The notes: generated from the letters alone by a model not told the origin. Positions 1 through 12,374 are shown, counted from the whole stretch's first letter. The stretch: DNA of 63,792 nucleotides, filler included, from Perkinsus olseni (GCA_013115125.1; 24 parts of 24 records of this genome joined end to end with filler, not necessarily neighbours in it), one strand, 5' to 3'. Translations and numbers: made by a program.

Positions 1-138
1 CTCATCACAGTGAGGCTACAAGAACATGTGGATAAAAACAGTATCTATACTTCAACTATATCGCTTCTTACTACGCAAGCCAATGCCCAAGATAGGAATC
101 TGTGGGAGAGGCGGATTAAAGGCCTGAGAGTAAAGTAG
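1..138 (+). mobile_element. Possible 3' end of an RTE-like LINE ORF
   Basis: Frame 1 is open to TAG at 136-138 and ends ...AQDRNLWERRIKGLRVK*, resembling the AQDRxxWR C-terminal motif of RTE elements. Short evidence only. Confidence 0.3.
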
Positions 139-840
139 AGCGGTTTGGAGAAAACAAACAAACTCAGCCCAGTGCTGGTCTCCTGTGCTGAGTTACTCAA
201 CCTGCGTACCCCGACGGTCGGGGCCCGACCTCATAAACAGCTAACTGCCTGCCGGTTGTTGGTCTGTCGCCTGGTCGAATACGGTCCAGAGCGAGAGAGA
301 GATGGTTTTGGCAGTAGCTCTCGCCACTTGTACTGTTACACTGCTACAGCCCCCTCAAATATTTTTTTGAATATCGGGTTTTCTTGGTGCTAGCTCCAAC
401 TGGTACGAGTTGCGAGACGCAGCGTATAGGAATACCTAATATCTTACTGAATATAGCCTCAGATTGGAACGTTCCTTAATAACGAGCAATACATGAATTA
501 GTCATCACGTCTTCCTGCTCTAAGGCTTCGAACGGCTCCGCGACTTGCCAAAGTCATTCGCCCCATCCGCCTTGGTGGACCCGCCCTAACCGTTACCTTG
601 AAGCCTGATTTTTTCCCGCTCCTGTAGCACTCGAGACTTTGAGGGACGTCTACAGCGCCACGTTCCTGGCTTTTGGAAAGGTCTACCTGCTAGGGCGGCC
701 CTCATCGCGATAACCGCGGTCCGCGGTGGCTTACCCCTTAGCTGCGGGAAACTCGCGGATCACTCATTATAGATTTCAGTCGGACATATTGACTGGTATG
801 GCATCATCATCAGATATTATTATGGGTAATTCCCAAAATC

Positions 841-1074
841 CAAGGGAGAAGTACAAAATCCAAGGAAGCGTTTTCAGGGATCTGCATTACCTGGGCAATA
901 GTTCGGGTTTCTGGTTGACTTGATTAACAGTTCCGGGATCGGGTTGCCCGGCTCCCGGTTTCGGGAGGGGTTTCTGGTTTCCCGTTCCTGCCTTCACCCG
1001 CAATCAAGGAGTTTTTTTCTGTTGCTTTTGCCCCCCTGTCGCACGCGCTTCCTTGGATTTTGTACCTTTCCTTG
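841..1074. repeat. MITE-like inverted repeat pair
   Basis: GTACAAAATCCAAGGAAGCG (851-870) is the exact reverse complement of 1046-1065, with imperfect extension outward. Confidence 0.5.
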
Positions 1075-1325
1075 CCGGTACTACCGGCAAAGCCGGCCAC
1101 CCCCACGCGACGCTGCCGCGTAAGGACCTGTGGAGGCTTGTCTATTGAACAGCCCGATTGTAGCACTGGGCGGCGTGCGCTATCGCACATGCGCAGTTCC
1201 TGCAAAATGCGATATTTTGTATGTTAACCAAAACGGGGGGCTCTGGACCTGTGAAGATGTTTTCTAGAGTAACTCTTGATAACCCGCCGCAAATCATCGA
1301 CGAGCAGCAGCAGCAGCAGTGGGAA

Positions 1326-1744
1326 ATGATTGGCATGAACTATTCTGGGTTTATAGTTTATCCATCATTATCTAATATCAACTAGCACTGTGATGATTTA
1401 TGATGAAGATGGGCAGCAGCAGCAGCAGCAGCAGCATCACCCGGCGAACAACAGTGTATTAACGATTGAACGACGACAAGGTGATGAGGAGTCTCATGAA
1501 GTGTTGCAGGAGGATGAACATCAGAAGAATATGAACCCGTATCAACCTAAAGTGTAAGGATGGTACCAGTCGTAGCTATACGACGACGACGATGCTGTTG
1601 TCGTTAGATACATTGATGATGATTTACCATTACCTAGTAGTATGACAGGTATGGAGATGGATGTGTGGGCCAGCATTAAAAATATCAAAGATCCTGAGTA
1701 TCCACTATGGACGCTATCACAGTTGAGGGTTTGTTATCCGACAG

Positions 1745-1787
<43 letters not shown>

Positions 1788-2238
1788 ATTATTATTATTT
1801 GTATGATAATGAAGTGTCATCAATAATAATTACTCTTATCATCAGGTGTGAGCGTTAAGGGCAACACGTTGATAGTTGAGTTTACACCTACAGTTGAACA
1901 TTGTTCTTTGGCGACATTAATTGGCTTATGTAATAGTCATGCCCATCATAATCAAGACGCTACTACTCTTCTCAGGTATAAGAAGTAAGTTAGTGAATGA
2001 TTTTGGGAACTCATGGAAGATAATAATTCACATAAAGGATGGTACTCATAATGATTCACAAGCTGTAATGACATCACCCCACTCACGTGATACGTCCCTG
2101 TTATTATCATCATTGTTATCATTTCAGATCAGTAAACAACTGAATGATAAAGAACGATGCTCTGCAGCTATGGAGAATCCCCAATTACTAGAATTACTTC
2201 AAACAGCAACATGTGATACCACCGAATGGGCCTACTAG
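1326..2238 (+). CDS. CIAO2: MIP18/FAM96 family cytosolic Fe-S assembly protein (multi-exon; start approximate)
   Basis: Spliced exons give [45 protein letters not shown] and GTH...ISKQLNDKERCSAAMENP, the hallmark MIP18 motifs. Short GT-AG introns. Confidence 0.92.
1745..1787 (+). repeat. (GTA)n microsatellite starting at an intron donor
   Basis: Directly visible. Confidence 0.95.
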
Positions 2239-2398
2239 AATGGGCCTACTTACTGTATTATTGTATAATCCCTTCACCATCATTTGTTCTCATCATCATT
2301 TTATCAATAGCATGCAGCAGCGCTGTTGTTGGGGTTGTGGGTGGTGGCGTTAGCGGCAGGATACTCCTTATGATCTTAGTGTATCTCCCTTTTCATTA

Positions 2399-2537
2399 AT
2401 GACTGATTGCGCCTTTGGTATCGCTGGTAAGGATTGGGTTATTCTGGCCGCCGATTCTCATGTTGAACAATCTATCGTTAAATTCAAGACAACTGAGGAT
2501 AAGATATACGAGATGGATGGTAACAAGTTAGTTGCAG
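2399..2537 (+). CDS. PSMB2: 20S proteasome subunit beta type-2, first exon (truncated by contig end)
   Basis: MTDCAFGIAGKDWVILAADSHVEQSIVKFKTTEDKIYEMDGNKLVA matches the PSMB2/Pre1 N-terminus. The poly-Ser in the ORF track is an intronic (GTA)n. Confidence 0.88.

Positions 2538-2607
<70 letters not shown>
2538..2607 (+). repeat. (GTA)n microsatellite starting at an intron donor
   Basis: Directly visible; runs to the contig end. Confidence 0.95.
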
Positions 2608-2707
2608 NNNNNNNNNNNNNNNNNNNNNNNNNNNNNNNNNNNNNNNNNNNNTTAATTAATTAANNNNNNNNNNNNNNNNNNNNNNNNNNNNNNNNNNNNN
2701 NNNNNNN
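2608..2707. other. Artificial scaffold linker (N-TTAATTAATTAA-N); first of 23 such spacers separating 24 contigs
   Basis: The same 100-bp spacer, with stops in all six frames, recurs every ~2.6-2.7 kb. Contig lengths fall monotonically from 2607 to ~2515 bp. One plain N gap without linker lies at 17510-17605. Confidence 0.98.
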
Positions 2708-2780
2708 GCGTCCTGAAAGTAAATTTGAAGTGGAGTATATCAAAAACGACTCCTCTGACGGTATGCGGGCTCACGCAGGG

Positions 2781-5310
2781 CAGGCCTCTGCATGCGAGAC
2801 GAGTCTCGGTACGGCTCGCCGCTCGCTCGCCGAGCGAGCGAGCGGCGAGCGAGCGCGGTCGTCTCCATCTCTGGCGAGACGAGCGGCGAGTCTCGCCGAG
2901 ACTCGGGCCAAAAGTGGAGAAAAGGCACGCGGATTCAAGCCACGCAGCCGTCGATCAATTTTTTCCCTGGTATCCAATCTGGGGGTTGGGCTGACCCAAT
3001 GGGTCATGATGGTATACTGCCAGTACACTGCCCTTTCAGTTATACTTTTGCCCGTTCAGCATGAGTTGGTATGAGCGCGTCTGAGTCAGACGGTCTGACA
3101 GTGTCAGACTGACACAATAGCTCGTGCCGTCATGCCCTCACGCGTTATGACTCATAACTTATGAGTTATACTGTTATTTTATGACGAGGTCGCCTAACAT
3201 TGTATGACGCCGTCGTAATTTATCACAAGCAAACTCCCAGCCGGGCACGATGACAATCTCGATCACACTCATTGCTATACATTGTATAGTATACAATTTG
3301 GTTGTCGAGTCGCCAGCCTAGCGCGTTTGTGCAAGTTATACAGCCGCTGAGAACTTGTACGGGGTCCGTACTACGGATGTTGTCAACGTCACATTGCATC
3401 TCTATCAACTCAGCATAGCCTCTCAACTCCGGCTAAGTTACCTCGCTAACGCAAAACAAACTGCCCCAAAATAGAGAACGCATCTTGATGAAGACTAATC
3501 ATATCATGCAAAGTGCGCTAACTGTAGACCACAGTCTGTAGTTAGTAACCGTACCTGCACATAGTACGGACATCGCGCCCGCCACTATGCGAAGTTGACT
3601 CACAGCTGCCAATTCATCGCTTCTTCATTGGGTTCCTCAAGAACGCATTTGTGGTTTGAATTATCAACAGTGACTCGAGAGTGTTAGGCTTGAGCTCTGT
3701 TCTACGCATGCCGAGCTGATCTCGTGCACGGCTGAAAATGCCCTCACAGGAGCTAGTGGTAAGGGTAAAGAACTGCGCACACGCAGCTGCTTCAGCCAGC
3801 AAGGGAAACGCGCTCCTAGCTTTCTCCCAGAATACATCATAGGAATCATCGTGACAGGAAAGGGTGAGATACCGCTTAACTTCGAGCTCCACTCGCTTCT
3901 GCAACTGCTCCTCGAATGCAGCGTTCTCCATGAACCGGGGTAGCTTTTCATCACCAAAAAGGTCACCAACGCAGCTATCCTCCAGCTCAGCCTCGTCCAT
4001 GGTTAGATCCATGATGCCGGTACAGCAGCCATCGTCATTAGAAGTCTTCTGTGCTGGTTCGCGAGGTGAGCCATCAAGTTTGTCATTGGTGATTATCGAC
4101 CACTCATTAAGCTGCTGAATCAATCTGGATCTACTTAACATATTTCGGATCTCAGCTTTGCGGTTATCGCCAAAAGATTCGCGATAAGCTTGAACGATTT
4201 TGAGACTGTCCACTCGCTCGAACCTCAATTTCGGGTGTAGCATAGCAGGGAGCAAGCAGTCGGGAGTGATGCGCGCTATCACCTGAGACAGAACATCGAT
4301 ATTAAAGACACACGATATCGATAGCAAGCATTTAGGTGACCACTGGAAACAGCGGGTGTGACTCACCGATGCGACACCAAACGTTCGAAGTAAACAAAGT
4401 TTCTTCTGTGGCGCATCGGTGTTGGGAAATTACCTTGTCCAAGAATCCCTGACGGATTTTCGCTCTAGCCTTCTTGATCATAGGCAGCTCATCATCTGGA
4501 TCGTCACATAGATGCAGCCAGCATCTCTCTAACTCCCTGGGATAAGAGAAGGGTATTCACAGAAGGCATACACGAGAAATATGGAACCAGATGGAATATT
4601 TCCCCGAGTGCACAAAACCTACATGATAGTTTTTGTAGCGCCAAGCTTTTTGTAGCTCTGAATGGTGATCGTTGCATCTCTAAGTGGTTTTATCAGGGAC
4701 ATTAGTTGCTGCAACTCTTTGTTCCGAGACAGCACTTTCTCGAAGCACCTACCACAGGCCTATTCAAATCTGGGTACCGCCCAATAGGTAGCAAGATCTC
4801 GCCACCCTACACCAGTGGTGTAACACCACTGAAGCGAAAGCCAAACAGTGTTTGGCAAACACAGCTTGCGAAGACTCCTCACCCGTACAGCGTGAGTATT
4901 GCTCGGCGAGCAATGCTCGCTCATGGATTATGCTATTCAAGGGAACCAATGGAGTCCAGGAGTTTTCCAATGGAGTCCATCGGGAAGCGCTTGGATAATT
5001 CAAGTTGGATTCCAACCCGGAATTCCCAGCTTGTAATAGACTTTATCAGAAAGAGGGGTAGCCGAATTAGGCGGGCGCGATAATTGAAGCTCGATCCCAG
5101 GCATTCGAGCGATCGACAAGCGGCAATTGTCCTCCCCGATTCTCGAATCCAGCCGAAACTACATGGCCTTTCCTTTCTCAATGAGTAGCGACCCTAAAGG
5201 CTCCCACGCGTCAGCAACGCTCTTCAGCATATCATACAGAGAGTTCCACTTGACTTCATTTACGGGCTTCAACCTACAAAGAAGATCTCGGCACTGGTGC
5301 CATCATATCC
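2781..5310 (-). mobile_element. hAT DNA transposon, 3' part with candidate terminus
   Basis: Transposase fragments (below), plus a CAGGCCTCTGCA candidate TIR at 2781 followed by GAGC/CGAG subterminal repeats. Confidence 0.75.
3614..5310 (-). CDS. hAT transposase, C-terminal part (interrupted by introns or decayed)
   Basis: VKWNSLYDML (TRWNS motif, ~5230-5260), LIKPLRDATITI (~4665-4700) and the dimerization domain FWEKARSAFPLLAEAA...TTSSCEGIFSRA...RRTELKPNTLESLLII. Confidence 0.85.
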
Positions 5311-5410
5311 NNNNNNNNNNNNNNNNNNNNNNNNNNNNNNNNNNNNNNNNNNNNTTAATTAATTAANNNNNNNNNNNNNNNNNNNNNNNNNNNNNNNNNN
5401 NNNNNNNNNN

Positions 5411-6800
5411 ATAGTGTGTGGCTGGAGGACGCTTGGACTACCACACCGGCGGCTGTTCGTGTCAGATGCAGACTGCGACTATGACGCCGTGGCGGATGTT
5501 GTGAATGACCCAGTCAGGGTGTGTCGGAGGCGAGTGATTGAGGCCAGATCCGCGGTATCAGGTTGAAGAAGAAAAGGACCTCATCGCCGAAGTACGCAGC
5601 AAGCTAGAAGAGGCAGCGAACAAGGACTTGGACGAGATGGATGAGGAAGAGGAGGATGATGAGGCGGAGGAGGACGATGAAGACGAAGAGGGTGAACTTA
5701 GTCCGAACAATACGCGCTTCGAAGGTATTTGAGGTTGCTCCAGGTGATTCACGGGCAACCAACTCGGATGTTGATGATATCCTTCCTGATGATGCGGATG
5801 AACTATAGGGCGGCCGTAGTACGTCGTACGAATCATGCGTTTCCCCGATGAGTCGAGGTCTTTCTCTCCCAACATGGCGTCTCGTTCGAGTCCTGGGACG
5901 GTATTCTCGAAGGGACTGGGATAACCTGTTTAGTCTGAGTAATGATGCTCCGGAGTGTATTGAGGCGGAAGGCCGCTGTGGTGACTTCCCCAGCCTCGCC
6001 CAACGAATTCCGCCAGATGCTGCGTTATCCGGAAAGCTCCCAGGGCCCAGAAGACGTCCTGGTGGTTGTGGCTACTGCCGAGCATGTGAAGAGCAGGACA
6101 CAGCAGCTGATACAGGTTATACATGGTGGTGGAGCTTGCATGGCCGCCGGGGGTCGCTCGAATTATCAGGCGTCAGTTGCTAAGCTTGCCAACAGTCTCT
6201 TCGTCAGACAGTGGAAGAAAAGTATCCCAAGCTTCGTATTATGACGGTGAATATACTAAAGCAGCCGGAACATGCAGCATCAATATCTGTGCTGAACGTT
6301 CCAACTGTGCAGTTGTGGCATGGAGGCCTGATGCAGAGAGTGGTAATGCGTGTAACGCCCGGCGATAGTTAGGCAGTCTGTAGATAACCGGTGGTGATCC
6401 TGCAGCTACACTAGACCACTTGAACCGGTGGTTTAAGCAAGACTTCCTCCCATCAACGTCGTACACTGAGGCGAGGCGTAGGCTGTATGAGGCGGTTGGA
6501 CAATCTGATGCTGAGGGCTTAAAAGGCGATAGCGGCGTACTAACACCCTCGTCGGTCTCCCGTTGCAACGAGGCTTCCTGCTTAGTTTAGTATAGTATTG
6601 CGACCTTATAGCCCCGAGTCAGAGTCTTTCGAGAATATATTTGTAGGAAACTCCTCAGGCGCTGAGGCAGTTCGAGTCAATGCTGTCATTCAAGAAGGCA
6701 ACTGGTTTCGCAGAGTTAGCTGATCATCAGCTTGCGGCTCGCGGAAGATTGCATGTTTATGCATCCCGTGACGGAGTCAGTGACCAGCTACGGGAGGCAG
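5411..6800 (+). pseudogene. Decayed gag-like retroelement relic
   Basis: Frameshifted fragments such as LNRWFKQDFLPSTSYTEARRRLYE and ATGFAELADHQL resemble gag capsid helices. There is an acidic tract but no intact ORF. Confidence 0.35.
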
Positions 6801-7302
6801 TGGGTAATAGTTGGAGCCCCCCGGCATGAGACTATCGGATGTCTGTGAACGAAACCTGATGCAGTAATCAGGACGAGGGCATCCTGTCTTCTGTTCAGAC
6901 GCATATTTATCGTCGCCCGAGGACGGTGAAGTCCTGGCCGAGTGTGCTGATACGTTCCTTCGTGGATACGCTGGGTGGTTTTGCCAGCAGGGCCCTATAA
7001 AAGTGTTGAATATGGAGGAGCACGAGAGTCAACAGGTTGTAAGATGGGGTGGAATGCTGCTCACATTAGTCGCACTGTTGGTGCGTATTGTCTCAGCCAC
7101 AGAGGGAGATCCTCATCGCATTTCTGCAAGACCTGGACTGGGACAGATTTCCCGACATACTCCATGACACCCTTTTTAAATTGCAGTATCTCATCGACAA
7201 GGAAGACACGCTGTTCATGAAGGTTGGAGATGGGGGCTAAAAATCTAGGTTAGGAGAAAAGTCACCGGGCATTTTGTTTGACTTGATGAGCTCGAGTAAA
7301 AG

Positions 7303-7374
7303 TGGACGTGCCGGGGTTTGAACCCGGGGCCTTCTGCATGCAAAGCAGACGTGATACCACTACACCACACGCCC
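7303..7374 (-). tRNA. tRNA-Ala(TGC)
   Basis: GGGCGTG...CACGTCCA acceptor with the G3:U70 identity pair, anticodon arm TCTGC-TT-TGC-AT-GCAGA, GGTTCAAACC T-loop and a TTTT Pol III terminator just downstream. Confidence 0.96.
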
Positions 7375-8109
7375 GTGTGTGATCTTGGTTACTACCTATC
7401 GCTCACTGTGGTTTCAAGTGGCTGAGTTCGAGTTTCTCGTTCAGCTTCGTCTACTTCCGAGTTTCAAGGGTGGATACTCTATGCGATGGCCCAACGGAAT
7501 CTGGTGTAGCGGAGGTGAGGAGGAGTCTCATCTTCACTACTACCGAATCGTTCATGGCAGGCCCTCACAAAAGCTATACAAATAGGAGAACCTGGAAGAA
7601 TGGTTATGCGAGTACCTTGCCTGCTCCGAGGGGGTACTGGTGAGAGCAAGTGTCACATGAAAAGATCCGTTTCTGCCATCCGAAGGGGGCTTGGATTCAA
7701 TTGGGTGGTGTCTGGAATCACAGGATTGCTTACCTGTAGGGTTTTCATTTTGTGAGTTGTGGCGCCCTGGCCCAGACAAGATGCAGAACCTCGGCATGCC
7801 CCATCAGAGCGGGGCCGGAATGAGCGGGCTGGGAGGCGGCCACCCGCACTTTCTTTTCGATGATGCCTTTGATCGAGATGAAAGAGGACAGCCGAAGAAG
7901 TGAGCGGTTATGCCAAAACGCAACGAGTGAGGAGGTGCCTGTCGTTCAGGAAGTACTTGCGGCGGATGATAGATTACAATCCGACGTTAATAAAGTACAA
8001 GACAGATATNNNNNNNNNNNNNNNNNNNNNNNNNNNNNNNNNNNNNNNNNNNNTTAATTAATTAANNNNNNNNNNNNNNNNNNNNNNNNNNNNNNNNNNN
8101 NNNNNNNNN

Positions 8110-10704
8110 GCCCCTCCCCGCGCGGGCGAAAAGTGTGTGAATGGGTGGGGGTGGGATCGACGCTTTTCCACCGTCCACCAAGGGAGCTTACAACGATCAT
8201 CACTCATTCGCAAGCAGCACGCTAAAAGTCCGTGCACCGTAACCACGAGGACACACAAACACTCCAAGGAAGGAACGCTTGCAACAACAAACCCGGGCTA
8301 GCCAGAACCACTCCTTGAAAACCGTGAAACCACCGCGCGCTGCAACGAGCAACGCACGCGTGCACAACACTAGCGTCACGAGAACACGTGACGCGTGCCA
8401 CACAATGTAGACACAATGTAGGCACCTGACGTTATAGTCAACGTAAGTCCACCAGACCACCTCATACAACCAATACTTGTCGTCTACGGAGGAGTCCAGT
8501 AGCACTTGGTGAGCACCGTAGTGACCTGAACGAGGTTGGAATCGCACGAAGCGGCCGCTTCACACAATCCCATTGTCCCGTTCCAGGAAGACAACGAATA
8601 CTCAGGGTCCATCCTGACCCTCAACGCGGACTCAGTCAGTCATACTGAGAACCTTGCGTAAGGAACCACGACACACATAGTCACAGTCCCATTTTCGTGT
8701 TATACCATCTCGTTGGTCCTTTTCGAAGCAAACCTCATTGATAGCATAACCGACGAAGTCAACATTCACGACGGAGTCGAAGTCCAATCTCCGACAACCG
8801 TTCTCGTGACGAGGAACCGTCTTGAACCTTCAAGTCCACGACCTTGTTCCCAATGGCATCGTTGCTCATAGCAGAGTCTCATCAAGAGCTCCTCCACTAT
8901 CGAGAGCATGCCCGTGTGTAGCCGTTCACAAGGAAGCCACATCACCGTTAATACAACCGCGACCGTATGACATTGTCGTAATGACAACCATGCAGTCTAA
9001 CAGTCAAGCAGGGCCCTGGCCGAGCCAAGGCCAATAGGTCCACCAATGAGCTCAGCTACCTCCTGCCCGAAGCAGAAGGACTGAACCTCGCTGGCGGTCG
9101 TTGAGCACGCCGCGGGCGGTCCCTCGCCAGTTGCCAGTCCGGCGGAGGGGGCCCACTGCTCAGAGCTGTGGAAGACGCCACAGCCCGCATAGAATCGTCG
9201 TTGTCAGAGTCGTCCACTTCGCTCTCCAGATCATCTTCTTCCGAAACCGCAGAAAGGTACTCAGGTGAAGGATCGGCCGCCACATCGTCGGCCGGGTCCA
9301 ACACACTTCCTGGGCTTTCACTCGGGGATGAGGACGTCGATGAAGGATCCCCGCCCGGAGACAAGGGTTCTAGCGCAGGCGGTCCACCTTCCGAACTCGA
9401 TGATGAAGACGAACCATTCACAGAACTTTCTGCCGCTGGCGCCGACTCTACAACTCCTTCTCGCACTGGTCCGCGATCACGAAGTCCGTTCTCACCCAAA
9501 GCTTGAACAGAAGGTCCATGATCACCAGTTTCTTTATCACTCTCTTCTCTCCCCTCCCCGCCTTCTCTCAGCTCCTCCCGTGAGGGTGGTGCTGTAGAAG
9601 GACTAGAGCCCTGCGGTGCCGAAGAGGACGATGACGAAGCCGGTAGTTGTCGTTGACCAGGAGAGACACGCGAAGTCTCCTGTCCTACAGGCACAGTCCT
9701 TGGGGGGTCAACCAAGGAATCAGTAGTCATCGTCGTCGAAAAATCAGCCATTATAGGGACTTGGGGTGCGGGGAGATGGGGTAACTCTGGCTCCTCAACT
9801 AGGACTTCTGGTAAATCCAAAGGTCCAGTTAGGGCCGGAATCATAACCCTAACTTCCGGAGGAAGATCGCGGGGCTGTAGAGGGTCCACGAGCAAGTGGT
9901 CCACACTCACAACCTTTCTCCGATTAGTAGCAGGGTGCACAATCTCAACCGTCTTGTCTTCAAGACCAGGTAATAACGCAGAAACAAACCAGTCCGCCTC
10001 CCAACGCGGCGATAATTTGTTAGCTCGTAATGGGCCCAGAGTCTCCAGTCGAACTCGAAGCCCAATCGTAAACAAGCGTTTCTTCGCCTTAGCATCGAAC
10101 GAAGCCTTGTACGCCGACGCCGCTTTTGTCGTCAACTGGTCAACCGAGTCTGCAATGACAGCCCGAACGTGTGCAATATATCTTGCATACGCCTCCGGAT
10201 CATACAGCATATTCTCGGTGTGATTCAGTTGCGGAAACCATAGTGATGGGGGTTCACGACCATACATAAGGTAGAAAGGAGAAGCCCTCGTCGAAGAATG
10301 AATACTCGTATTATAATGCCAGACGATGGAATTGAGATGGCCCAACCAGTCATACGTAGTAGATACATGAACCCGTAGTAACTGTAAAAACGTCTGATTG
10401 AATCTCTCAACCAATCCATTGCCAGCCGGATGATACACCGAAGCCTTGCTCTTCTTGATACCGAGAAGCCCAAGGACATACTTGAACATCCATCCTTCGA
10501 AGGGGGGTCCTTGGTCCGAATGAAGTCGTAAGGGGGGCCCAAAAAATAAGCAGACCTGCGCAAACAGCTCAAGATCGATTCTCGTCTCGCTCGGTTCTTG
10601 TCGGAAATTTATCTTTCTCGCTCGGTGGTAAGGAGGGCTCGCTTCCATGCGGGGTACCTCACAAATGTTAGCCCGAGCGGGAAGGGCCCCGCGAGGGCCT
10701 AGGG
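8110..10704 (-). mobile_element. Ty3/gypsy LTR retrotransposon, probably internally deleted (LTR end, leader, integrase, PPT, long LTR)
   Basis: Integrase ORF with a purine tract at its stop, then TG at 9054 (candidate 3' LTR 8110-9054). Candidate 5' LTR end ...AACA at 10666. Confidence 0.7.
9056..10648 (-). CDS. Gypsy integrase, N-terminally truncated, with long Ser/Pro/acidic tail
   Basis: LHSDQGPPF, YHPAGNGLVERFNQT, YNTSIHSSTRASPFYLMYGR, KLSPRW and a terminal RPRRAQRPPARF motif. No HHCC domain or first catalytic Asp. Confidence 0.88.
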   Translation of the reverse strand: MEASPPYHRARKINFRQEPSETRIDLELFAQVCLFFGPPLRLHSDQGPPFEGWMFKYVLGLLGIKKSKASVYHPAGNGLVERFNQTFLQLLRVHVSTTYDWLGHLNSIVWHYNTSIHSSTRASPFYLMYGREPPSLWFPQLNHTENMLYDPEAYARYIAHVRAVIADSVDQLTTKAASAYKASFDAKAKKRLFTIGLRVRLETLGPLRANKLSPRWEADWFVSALLPGLEDKTVEIVHPATNRRKVVSVDHLLVDPLQPRDLPPEVRVMIPALTGPLDLPEVLVEEPELPHLPAPQVPIMADFSTTMTTDSLVDPPRTVPVGQETSRVSPGQRQLPASSSSSSAPQGSSPSTAPPSREELREGGEGREESDKETGDHGPSVQALGENGLRDRGPVREGVVESAPAAESSVNGSSSSSSSEGGPPALEPLSPGGDPSSTSSSPSESPGSVLDPADDVAADPSPEYLSAVSEEDDLESEVDDSDNDDSMRAVASSTALSSGPPPPDWQLARDRPRRAQRPPARFSPSASGRR

Positions 10705-11402
10705 NNNNNNNNNNNNNNNNNNNNNNNNNNNNNNNNNNNNNNNNNNNNTTAATTAATTAANNNNNNNNNNNNNNNNNNNNNNNNNNNNNNNNNNNNNNNN
10801 NNNNGATGTCATTCTTCTATGTGAGAAGAGACTCACTTCCAGGATCAAAGTCCCTCTGATTCAACATCTCGCTACTTTGAATCTGGATAGCAACGTTGAG
10901 TTTCTTGGCCAAATTGTTCACCAAATGCTCCACAGTATCTTTCTCCGCAGGTAGTACTACTACTTTTTTACTACTACTACCTACCGGGTTTTTTTACACG
11001 AGCTACTACGGTAGTAGCTCGTCTAAAAAAACCCCATAATCGCCACGCAACAGAGGAGCTTTTGAACGGTTCAAATTGAACCCATTGTTCGAAATCCAAT
11101 GGCGTAGTCAATGGATCGTAGCACTCTGGTAACGCAAAATATAGGTTGGGGTCCATGATAGCCGTAAAAAGGAGCTGCTACGTTGCAGTATAACAAGGCG
11201 ACAGTGGCTAGTCTGACTAACTTGGTCAGGACTCCTGAGTCAGGAGTCCTGACCCAGGATGGGTAGAAAGCAGGGCTCGTATGCGTATCCTGATTCATAG
11301 GGTGAGTCTGAGTAAATACTCAGACTCTTGACTCACGACTTGAACTGATCACGAAAATTAGCTGATTATCTACTCAGACTCAGTGACCCCGACTCAGATT
11401 CA

Positions 11403-12374
11403 TGTTACCAGTCATGGCAAACCCAAGTACTTAAGACTTCTCAAGAGACTGCAATTAAGAGTACATCATCATTAATCAATGGGCAACGCTAAGCTAAGAT
11501 ATGGGGACAGGTGTCTTGTGTGCTGAGTGGTCAGGGACACTGGCCACCAGACACACAACATCTCCCTTCCCCAGATCAAAAAACCAATCAAAAACAACAA
11601 TAGAAACACAAGTACACGACACTGACAACCAATACCAAATGACAAAATCGTCGCCTTCATGACGGCAACCTCTCTTCGCCTATTATCGACCAGGATAAAA
11701 CCGGGGTGTACACGTGATCTTCGAGCTTAGATAAGTGAGAGTAGTTCATAAATAGAATAGCCAGATACAAGAACACGGTAAACGTCAGGTGACATCAACC
11801 TTCCCGAACTACACTACAAATTATCAATATGATAACAATGGTACGCCAACGAAATGTCTCGTGACCCAAGCTCAACATAAAACCCGTGCTCATGCTGGGA
11901 CGCTAATCACAAGAGCCGTATCGTCCAAGACCATTCATCACATCAGTCATATGCATAGTCCGATAGGTTTGCCAATGTATTCGTCATTAAAGATAACCAT
12001 CACTAGGAGAAATAGATACGCAGTGAGATAAGTACCACTTTTCCAGTAGTCATTGAGTAGTAAGATGCAGTAGAGCTTGCGACCCACATACAGATTAATG
12101 AGAGGGGACCACTTGAGAAAACAAGTTCATTGCATCGTGAGATAATCATAGTAGAGCTTCTGCGTACTCAGCGTGCAGCAAGACGCAAAGGGAACGTAGC
12201 GCATCAGGGTTCTCCACCATGTTACCAGTCATGGCAAACCCAAGTACTTAGGACTTCTCAAGAGACTGCAATTAAGAGTACATCATCATTAATCAATGGG
12301 CAACGCTAAGCTAAGATATGGGGACAGGTGTCTTGTGTGCTGAGTGGTCAGGGACACTGGCCACCAGACACACA
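11403..12374 (-). mobile_element. Complete non-autonomous LTR element (TRIM), 972 bp
   Basis: 155-bp TG...CA direct repeats (11403-11557, 12220-12374; one mismatch) and a 5-bp TSD ATTCA on both sides. Minus strand has PBS TGGTGGAGAA (12210-12219) and PPT GGGGAAGGGAGA (11561-11572). Confidence 0.93.

Noticed and set aside
2814-2855. AAV ITR Rep-binding-site resemblance (GAGC repeats)
   Set aside because: No T-shaped ITR or parvoviral gene; better explained as a hAT subterminal repeat.
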